A stretch of DNA of 64,000 bases from Antedon mediterranea (lineage: Eukaryota; Animalia; Echinodermata), in contig NC_092672.1 of NCBI RefSeq assembly GCF_964355755.1, forward strand, positions 30,386,437 to 30,450,436, given 5' to 3'. Positions 12,334 through 22,312 of the stretch are shown here, in pieces. Under the pieces are notes generated by a model. The model made no database searches. It had not been told where the DNA came from and worked only from the letters and a program-made list of their open reading frames with translations. Numbering within the stretch: position 1 is the stretch's first letter; each line of letters begins with the position of its first letter. The position numbers were made by a program, and so were the translations under genes.

Positions 12334-14763
12334 GCCTCCAGAACATCCACATCTTCGATCATACACAAATCTGCCATTACAGAACATGTCATAAAACACA
12401 ATCATGTACCAAACTGGGAGGCTACCATCTTAACCAAAGAGCCTAAACGCAAAGACAGACAGATTAGAGAATCATTACATATAAGGAGAAATAAGGAGAA
12501 GACCATGAACCGGGACACTGGAGCCCACAAACTCTCGCATTTGTACAATGATTTGATAGACACATCACCTGGCCGAGCCCCGCACAACCTCCAACCTACA
12601 ACCGGAGGCGTACGACGTCATCAACAGATGACGTCAAGAATGACCAAGCTGCATTAACACTCCGCAGTCAGTTGAGAAGGATCTCTGATAGAGATCGAAA
12701 CGTTCGAGTAAGTACTCCGTTAACTTGTGCTTTTACAAAAACGAAATTTGTCATCTACACTTAAAAAAAGTTTCAAAATCTGCTGGACTTGATAATGTGC
12801 CCAACAAGATTATCAAAATGTTTGCATGCAAATTGAGTTTCCCATTAACAAACATTGTAAATGCTTCTTTTAGGTAATCTTGTGTACCTCGGCAGTGGAA
12901 AGACGCCATAGTGTGTCCTATTCCAAAAGAGTACCCGATTAAACATGATAAATACCAGTTTCTTTGACTTCACAATTTGCTAAAGTAGCAGAAGGAATTG
13001 TATACAACCTTAAAAGATATTGGACCGAATATGGACACTAGTCAGTATGGGTGTATGAACGGATGCTTTACATCCCATTATCTGATTGACATGCTCAACT
13101 TTCTTTATAAAGGAACTGGCAAGCCGCGCAAAATAGAACGCTTGGTTATAACAGATTTCGCTAAAGCATTTCGACCACCATACAGTTGCAGCAAGTAATC
13201 TCATTGTACTTGGTGCCAAATCCTAGATTGTTGATTGGATATGTAACTTTTCTCTGGAAGGCGCCAAAGATTCAAGTACCAATCGACTTTGTCAGACTAG
13301 AAAACCTTATCCTGTGGTGTGCTACAAGGTACTAAACTTGGAGAAATTGTGTTCCGTGCCCCCATCAACGATGCTGTGAAAAAAAGCAATCTGTGAAAAG
13401 TGGAAGTTCGTTGATGATTTTTCACTTGGTGAGGTAGTTAACTATAATGCCACGTCTACTCTACAACACAATGTTGATAATTTAGTCGAATGGGCAACCA
13501 TGAACAAATTCCAATTGAACCCAGCAAAATGCAAACAACTCGAATTCTGTTTTATGAAGTCGCCACCCTATATGACACATCAACATAAATGGCCGTGAAT
13601 TAGAAACAGTTAACTATGAAAAAATACTTGGTGTTTTCATTCAGGTTGATTTGAAATTTGATGTCCAGGTTGACCATAATTATCCTTAGTAATAATGGAA
13701 AACGTCTACACATGCTTAGCCTTTTAAAACAGTTTGGGATTCCTTTTGAAGATCTTGCCCAACTTTACACCACATTATGTTAGACCAATTTTTGAGTATG
13801 CAATACCAGTATGGCACTCTAGTCTTACTGTTACGCAGACAAATGTCATAGAGTCCACGCAAAAACGTGCATGTAAGATAATGTTGGGTAAAGATTACCA
13901 AGACTACAACACTTCCCTTAACATTTTGAATATTAAACGACTAGATGAACGCTCCGAAACTATATGTCGTACATTTGCTTCTGATTAGATTCTACATCTA
14001 ATAAATTCAAGGATTGGTTTATTAGAAACCCTGAGCTTTCTGTTAGAGCAGAATTTGTTGAGCCCCTATGTAAAACAAACCGACACTATAATAGCCCTAT
14101 GCTCTATCTTACACGCCTCCTTAATGAGAAATAGATTTTAATTCAGTAAAACTAAAAAAATGTTGTGAATATGTATAAATAAATTAAACATAATATGTGA
14201 ATAATGTACAAATAAATATAATCTTACTGTCACTCACTCCATAATTTTCACTTTTCCTAATTATATTAAATTTTATAATCTTGTAAATAAATTTTCAGTT
14301 TCCTTATTTCCCTTACTTATTTTATTGAATTTTTAAATTTTTAAATTTGTAGATAAATTGTAGCTAAATTTGTATTTTCATATATGTTTTCAGTGCAATT
14401 TGTTTGACTGCCCTTTTATTTGTTCGTGCACTTTATAAACTGTTTCATGCCTGTTTTAAATGTTTTTATATTAGCCTTTGGCTGCGATTTTGATAAGGAA
14501 TAATATGAAACGAAATGAAATGAAATGAACATTTCTAATTGGTATTTAGCACTGAAATATTCATTAATATTATATTGATAAATGTTCACTATTTTCGAAA
14601 AAGCTCCGATGTTTTGTGACATTTTGAGAAAGACCCAATGGTTCGTGTTACGTAGTGTATAGTATTTCTATTATGCCATCATGATTGCCTTGTTTGGTAA
14701 AATAATATGTAGCATTAAAAACGAATAAACCATGATATCACACTACTATCTACAAACGAGTAT

Positions 14764-15884
14764 TATTCACCTCCGCCAAGGAGATATATGTAATCGATCG
14801 CGTGTGTTTGTTTTTGTCTGTTAGCAGGATTACTGAAAAAGTAATTGCAATATCTTTACCAAAATGGAAAGGTAGACATGTGGTCAAGGACAACTTATTA
14901 AATGTTGGAGGCAATCCGGACCACGGTCCTAATTCCGTCAAGGAGGTATTTGTAATCGATCACGTGTGTTTGTCTGTTTGTTTGTTTGCAGGATTATTAA
15001 AAAAAAGAATTACAAGATCTTTACCAAAATGGAAATACAGATAGATATGTGGCCAAGAAAAAACTCCATTTTTGGAGGCAATCTGGACCACGGTCCTAAT
15101 TCCGTCAAGGAGGTACAATGTAATCGATCGCGTGTGTTTGTTGTTGTCTGTTAGCAGGATTACTGAAAAAGTAAATTTACTCGATCTTTCCTCAAATGGA
15201 AATACAGATAGATATGTTGTCAAGAACAACTCCATTATTATTTTGAAGGCATTCCGGACCACGGTCCCAATTCTGTCAAGGAGGTATATGTAATCGATCG
15301 ATCGCGTATGTTTGTTTGTCTGTTAGCAGGATTACTAAGTATTTACAAAATCTTTACCAAAATGGAAATACAGAAAGGACATTTTGGAGGCAATCCGGAA
15401 CACAATCCCAATCCCGTAACACTTTTTAGTATAATTTTCAAACCTGCTAGTGTTAAAAGATAGGACAGAATTTTTTTTTTTTTTTTGACCTGCGGGCACT
15501 AAAGGAACAAGTAAACTGAAGTTGCATTTTCTCAATAACTACTTGTCCAAAAAACTTCATTTTTGTACCAGAGGCAAATAGTTTGTGATTTGTAATTTTA
15601 AAACATAATTAGATTTATAAGTGTTTTGATATGAGTAGTTTTAAAAAAAACCTATTTCTTTTCAAATTCACCCGTTTGTTTTTGACGTTGCTGTTCTAGT
15701 CAATTGAAACTATTGTTAGTTGAAAGGCGGGTTACATAACCATCACACCAAACTCGCATACATATGCTTGTAGTGAAATTAGCCTAAATCGCATTCAGCA
15801 TTAAGCTTGTTTTTTCCGGTGAAATCTTGTGTAGGATTAATTTATAGTAGGCGGAGGCATGCACTCTCGGAGTGTCGTTCTAGT
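14764..15884 (+). mobile_element. Non-autonomous Helentron-type (HINE/DINE-1-like) element with internal tandem repeats of about 160-180 bp
   Basis: Subterminal IR CCTCCGCC (about 14770) / GGCGGAGG (about 15850), 3' hairpin CACTCTCGGAGTG followed by TTCTAGTT, and four units beginning AAGGAGGTATATGTAATCGATCGCG (14778-15420). Confidence 0.7.
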
Positions 15885-16427
15885 TTGTGTCACACCTTGA
15901 TTAGTATTTGCAGCTCTGCTCCCGCGGCCAAAATCAAAGGGACAATTACGTGCATGGCCTAGCCTTCGCTAACATTCGAGTCTAGATGGAAGCAGATGAT
16001 TATTTAAGTTAAAGTTAACTTAGGAACAGCACTGTACTAGGCGTCTTAACTAATGGATGCATTCGTTGAATCGTGAGAACATTCGCGCGCGCGATCATCC
16101 AATTGAATAGGACAATGACGCATTCGACCCATGGACAATTATTATGTATATAATAAATAATGTAAAGTGTATTTTAACCCACTCTTTTTAGAGGAAAAGT
16201 ATTGACAAGAGCAAATCAGTAGCTTGTAAAATTACCTTGTTTGTAACCTTCTTGCCTTCCAAGGGTTAACTCACGACTGTTTTCTTCTTCACTTCCTAAG
16301 CCTCAAATAATTACAGTAAAGCTTATATCCTTCCGTGGACTACTTGCTGTTGGATGTGCATACAGAATGAAACAAATTACTATACACCTCTGTACAGAAT
16401 GTCCGAAGAAACGTTTTACTAGCTTAC

Positions 16428-16810
16428 GTTTTATTGTTTCTCAATAAATTATTGTTTGATTGCTCTCAAGTGCTCTAAGTTTAAATACAATGGTTCCTTT
16501 ATGCATTGATAATGTAGTCATGCTTCCTTCCTGTGACGTTTTTTTTTGTAGACTAGCATATTGATTCGTCTATGTACTGTAGTCTATTGACAGAATGTGC
16601 TGTGCCAGCGGAAATATAGGCCGGCAAAAGACACCACAATGATTATAATAAAAGGTTAGTCGGTTATTTTTACCCTACTCTCAAAGAGGGCTTATACTAT
16701 GGCTTTGTTTGTCTGTAAATTTAACATGATTAAAGTATTTACATTGATAAATTACCACAATAAACACTACTCCAAAGTAATAACAATATCGTATTTGTTA
16801 TAATTTATAC
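16428..16810 (-). promoter_or_regulatory. Putative 5' non-coding exon/promoter of TRIM paralogue 2
   Basis: GTAAGC donor at 16427 lies in a block homologous to 2551-3420; the acceptor CAG is at 6956-6958. Confidence 0.6.
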
Positions 16811-16889
16811 TTAATAAAATTAACTTTGATTACTGTAAATGCACAAGAGTGTTCTTATGCAATTACCACACCAACGTGAAACCACTTTG

Positions 16890-17200
16890 TAGACGTGTTT
16901 TTATCCAGCTATGAGTTTACTCATGAAATTTCAATTGACAAGTGTGTGCCTTTCCTTGATATTATGTTATCTATTGATAAACCAGTACTTTATACGTACA
17001 CCCGTTCATTACAATGATACTGACGGGCATATTTAGCTAAATTACATTTCATCGCATTCTCCAGCTTTCAAGAAATCTAAACAGTATTTACAACTTGTTG
17101 ACTTCGACGCTTATATATTGATGATGATTGACTTTAACACAACAGCGTATGAGATGATCAACTTTTGTTAATACACACGAATATCCATCGGACATAATAT
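16890..17200 (+). mobile_element. Old Penelope-like RT/thumb remnant
   Basis: Degenerate translation FTHEISIDKCVPFLDIML..VHYNDTDGHI*LNYISSHSPAFKKSKQYLQL..LRRL..EMINF. Confidence 0.65.
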
Positions 17201-17985
17201 TATAGTAATATTACCGTGAAGACTCTAAGAATAGTATTCCAGTTTACACACAAGGACACATTAAAACCTACACATAAAACAATTAATGCCTGTGAACGCA
17301 TGAATGTAAAAAGCAGACGACAATTTGTTACAGAGGTCTTTATTTCTGGACGAATTTTGTTGGGATACCTTCCAACACAAACACAAAATATCTAAAACTG
17401 AAGCATTGTAGAACAAATGATGAGTTTTGTTTAACATTAAATAACAACAAAAACTATTTTATTGTACCACAAATTAACCTTAAATAGTAAGTTCATTTAA
17501 ACTATTTATTATCATTAATGATAGACCCTCTATTTCTAACTAAAAATAAATTAAAAGTAAAACTACAATGCAATGATGATAAAAGACTGAAAGTTACCTA
17601 GAGAAATTAAGAATTACACATCAATTATGAATTACACATTTCTATAAACGTTGATGTAAATTAATAGTATATTTTTGCAGAATGCATAGACCTGCTTATT
17701 TATACAAAATAGATACTAATGCAGTTAATATTATACAACATTATTCGCCATCACTACATAAACCTGATAATTGAAAATAAACAACTTCACAGCATTCAAA
17801 TAAAATGTTGTATTATTAAATAGCGATTTAGCCTTTTTTTATTATAATTATTTTGTTCACAAGTTATTATTTTAATTAATAATTAATAATGTTCACTATG
17901 GGTTGAATATTATTTTAGTATTTTATTTAACCATACAAGTGTAATTCGTAAGCTTAATGAAGCTAAGCTTATTAATCATTATTTA

Positions 17986-20012
17986 TTAATTGAATATTTT
18001 CACTGTTTTGTCTCCATTTGCCACTGCTACTCTACGTGGATTGTGAGATATGATGCATAATCCTCGAGGATAGTTGATTCCATCGTTTGCTTTATCAATC
18101 CTTTTAATGAATTTTCCACTATTACTAAATAGCTGTAGTTTGGGGTCACTTGATATTATGATATTGTCATTATCATCAACTACTACTCCTGTTGAGTACT
18201 TTACCTTACCATCTTTATCACCCTTATCAATCAATCAAAGTAACATTTATTTCTCTTGTCTTTCATAGAAAATAAAAATTAACAGTAAAAATTATTAAAA
18301 TAAGAGGGGCAACATTCCTAAAAAGCAAAGCTTGTATAAGGCACTTTAATAAACTTGCCTTCATTATCAAATAGTTTTAAGCAGCTTGGTTTACAGTAAA
18401 GTACAAGAATATATCCTTGTCTTGTAAGGGCAACATCAATTATATTTACATAAAACCAGCCTGTAGTATCACATAGTGCTATTTTCTTAACTAGGTTGCC
18501 GCTTTCAATGTTAAACATGGCTACATTATCATCATAAGCTACATACATTACACGTGATGCTTCATCCACATGAATACCACATGGATTTGACTTCTCTCCC
18601 TTACCAAATGATTTAACCACCTCACCATTCATAGTGCATAATGTGATGCATTTATTACCATGATCACTGAATGCTATATTACAATTGTTCATCAAGAACA
18701 TTCTGTAGACACTCACACCTTTTGATAGTGTAACCTTACCGATGTATTTACCTGATTGCTGGTATTTGTAAACACCATTGTCCAAACGTGAAACAAGCAT
18801 GCAATCGTCTTCATATTTAACTACATCATAAACATCTTTATCTATTGTTATAGTGTTTAATAATCCTTCTTTCTGTACTTCAATAGTTATTGGTGACTTC
18901 TTAATGTGTTCACTATCAACTCTAACATCAACCTTGCAAATTCCTACACTTGTACATCTAGCCTACCTATCACAGTATAGTTACCATTGCCATCTTCTTC
19001 TACTTCCGGGATGATAGTTTCTCCTGTTGGTTGTGTCAATGTAGCTTTTAAGTCATTTGCATGTATTTCACATTTGTCAGTTTTTATAATTTTAACATCA
19101 ATTGTTTGACCAGTTGTCATACTCTCAGCTCCTATTATTTCCAAACAGTCTGCTGCCCTCAGCGTTGTAATCATTCCAATATCATTCTGAAATGAAGCCG
19201 TTTGTTGATGGTTTCTCACAAAGTTAACCTCAGCATTAAAATCATGTTTTGTTTTGGGCACTGTCTTGATTCTATCATCCAGCGCTGTAATGATGTCATT
19301 ACCGGATATCATAGCCGCTGATTCATCGCCCTTCTGTAAGAGTTGGAGCAAATTGATGTTTGTATTTATATACGATATCGTCGTTGTCACATCCTCTATA
19401 TCGGCATCAATTGTCTTCCTCTTGATTTTGTACATAGCCTCCACCTCATTGTTTAATTTGTTTTCATTTTCTTTTATTCTTGTTATCAATTCCTTGACGT
19501 GATTATCAATTCCTTTCAAACTCTTTTTTCTGTTTTCATCTAGTTTCTTAACACAATCAGTCATTACCCTAAGATCATCATTTAATTTATCTGTACATCT
19601 TGTTGCTTCTCTCTCTAATCCTGCTGATGTTTGTTTAAACGTTTTAAACGCATCTGTTATGCTGATGGTCACGTATTTGTCTGTTACTTCCCATTCCTTG
19701 TGATCCATGATCGAACAGTGAGTATGAGAACAGATGGCAACATTGCATTTTTTACAAAACACAGTTAAAGGTTCATTGTGAATAGAACACAGAGGCGGGT
19801 GCATGGCATTGATTTCACTTACAGTCATAGATCGAACATCTTCCACTGAATGCAACCTGTGTTTTTTCGCAAGCTGGTATGTTCTTATGAGCATCACTAC
19901 AATTGTGGCACAAATATTGTCTGCAATCCTGACAGTAGGTTTTAACTTGACCTTCCTTTCCACAAATACATTTTATCTGATCTGTATTTGAAAACTGTTC
20001 AATTGTTCAATC
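17986..20012 (-). pseudogene. TRIM-NHL paralogue 3, RING/ATG deleted, frameshifted, with an insertion in NHL
   Basis: The acceptor TTCACAG runs directly into TIEQFSNTDQ. Frameshifts near 19865 and 18950; foreign insert of about 105 bp at 18230-18335. Confidence 0.9.
18228..18335 (-). mobile_element. Short retroposon 3'-end insertion
   Basis: Absent in paralogues. The minus strand reads AATAAATGTTACTTTGATTGATTGAT (polyA signal plus short-repeat tail). Confidence 0.6.
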
Positions 20013-21138
20013 TGTGAACAATTAATAATTTACTTTCCATAGTAGGCCTATATACATTTATATTATATATATTTTTTTAATAATGTAATTGTGTTATTAT
20101 GAGAATGGTTATACCAAGATTATAACCGTTTATTTTTCTCGGCTTAAATAAAAAAAAAAAGTTAATTTGAAAGAAAAATAATACAGTAAAGATTTTTCAA
20201 ATTAAAACGTTTCTATTCTTGTAAATAAACAATCATTATAGTTAAAATTTGTTATGGCGATAAACTACCTATATTATAGAGACATATCCAATTGCTATGA
20301 TATTTAAGAAATATAAATATATATATATTTATTTAAAAATTGTGCCGTTTTGAAATTTTGCCATGGATTTGTGATTTATTGTGCCAAAAGATCGGGTTCT
20401 TTTGTGTGTTTATTGCTCTAATATTCAGAATGTCCAACTTTACACGAGTCTAATCTCGTTACGTACAAATGGTTTTGTTGTACGGGGAATATCCGATAAC
20501 GGAAATTGTGGCTGTCCTATTCATGTCAAAAGTGTTTAATCTTGTTACTTCCTTATTCAATATCTTTGATAGCTTCAACGAATTTCAGTTTAAATTTGAC
20601 TTTGATGCAAAAAAATACCTCTACTTAAGGCCAAATTAAAACTCATTATTTTTTTAGCTTCACGGCTTTTGATATAATATATTATTATTGTTAGCTATTT
20701 TTGTTACAAATGGTCATATTTAGACAATGAAATGAAAAAAAAATGTGTATTTATTATAACAGTTTTTCTCATTATTTTGTAATAAACATTTTAAACTATC
20801 ATTCTAATGGTACGTCAGACTGGTAATGACACTCATTAAACAATTTCTGTCGAGAAAGTACTATTTATTAATTTTTATTTAGCTTAAGGTCGTGTTTCCT
20901 CGGTTAATTAGCGGTTGATGTTTTGCTGTGGAAGTATGTAAACACATGGGATGATTATAACCTACAAATTTTAATTATCATAAATATACTGAAATATCAA
21001 GATAATTCTTACATTGTTGATGTCTATATTTCTCTATTTAGAAAACATTGTCATCCGGATGATGAATGTAACAGTTTGTAATTTACCCGGGTAAGTTGGT
21101 TATATAGGCTAAAGAACCCACAACAATATATTTGGTTG

Positions 21139-22082
21139 AATAAGATAAGATAAGATAACTTTTATTGATCCTCAAAAAGGAAATTCATTGCTCGTCATAA
21201 TAACAAAGAAAACACTATGAAAACAAATATAGCATAAAACCATTCACATAAAAACATCTAAAAAATTAAAGCCATGAACAATATTGCCCCTCGATACATC
21301 ACCCAACGATTTTCCACTGTTCCGATACACTATATGAGGACTAGGGCTGCTTCCAGGGGAGACTTGCTGGTACCCAAAGTTAAATTGGAATGTTTCCGGC
21401 GCTCTTTTATTTATTCTGCTTGTATTTTATATAATGTATTACCTTCTGTTTTGAAAGAATGTACCAATATTAACTCGTTTAAATTTAATTTTAAAAAACA
21501 CATTTTATCGTAATTGTTTAATTGAATTTTTTTTGGATAATTATTTTTTTATATAATAGTTTTAAATTTAAATGTATATAGTAGATTCGTATTAGTTAAG
21601 TATAGTTTTATATATTTTGTCATTTTCAAGAGGGCCCCTGAATATCAGCTGGCCTGCGGGTTCAGCTGGAAGGGTTACCCTCTATAAATAAAGTTGAAAT
21701 AAAAAAAAAAATAAAAAATAAAAAATAAAAAAAATAAAAAAATAAAATTATCTTCTTGACTTCCTGTTGTACTGGATGATACCGGAGGGAATAAAGGATT
21801 TAGCAAATCGATTTGTTTTCACACTGAGGAGCCTCAATCTACCACTTGGATTAAGTTGGTCTATGATCACTTTGTGGAGAGGATGAGAGGCATCCGACTC
21901 AATGCGTTCGAAATCTTTCTGGAGGTGTTCTAGGTGCACATCGGTAAAGAAAGGCAGTTCCAGCCCAATCATTTTACCAGCCCGACGGATGAAAGTTTCA
22001 AGGCGTCCTTTATTCCCTCCGGTAACATTACCAGCCCAACAGGAGAGGCAATACGTCCAAACACTACATATAACGGATCTAT
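21139..22082 (-). mobile_element. Young LINE 3' fragment (Rex/L2-like) with (TCTTA)n tail
   Basis: Near-identical reverse complement of 56880-57363; ORF end ..SHPLH..SGRLRLLSVKTNRFAKSFIP. Confidence 0.9.
21269..21740 (+). mobile_element. Second LINE 3' fragment nested in the 3' UTR of the first
   Basis: KAMNNIAPRYI..RTRAASRGDLLVPKVKLECFRRSFIYSACILYNVLP ORF2 C-terminus, AATAAA and (AAAAAAT)n tail. Absent from the 56.5-57.4 kb copy. Confidence 0.85.
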
Positions 22083-22312
22083 GATGAGTTTTATTTAAAA
22101 TGAATAATATTCACAACCTAAACTAGGGCCATATTTGATATTTATACCACAAATAAACCAAGCATAATACCTGTTTCAATCATAATTAAGTTATTATTTT
22201 CATTAACATTAAATTTTCAATATGAACAAACATTACAATTCTAAGCTTTTCAGTATTTTATTTAACCATAAATAATATTACTGTCGTAAAAGTGCAAGCT
22301 TATTTAATTAAT

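Larger units (their letters stand above)
10593..12757 (-). mobile_element. Penelope-like retroelement (Penelope/Poseidon type), 5'-truncated with inverted pLTR
   Basis: Inverted repeat 10627-11050 vs 12334-12757, a 34-nt 3' extension at 10593-10626, and flanking duplication CACTTAAAAAAA (10581-10592, 12758-12769). Confidence 0.95.
7228..14529 (+). mobile_element. Decayed 5'-truncated CR1/L2-group LINE, interrupted by two younger insertions
   Basis: APE C-terminus LDLIITN..PIGLSD. DKPWM motif is split at 7550/10169, and HLKK-VSKSAGLDNVPNKIIK is split at 10592/12758. RT motifs DFAKAF, GVLQGTKLG and KFVDD; VRPIFEYAIPVWH; 3' GCCTTTGGCTGC stem and (TGAAA)n tail near 14470-14529. Confidence 0.88.
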
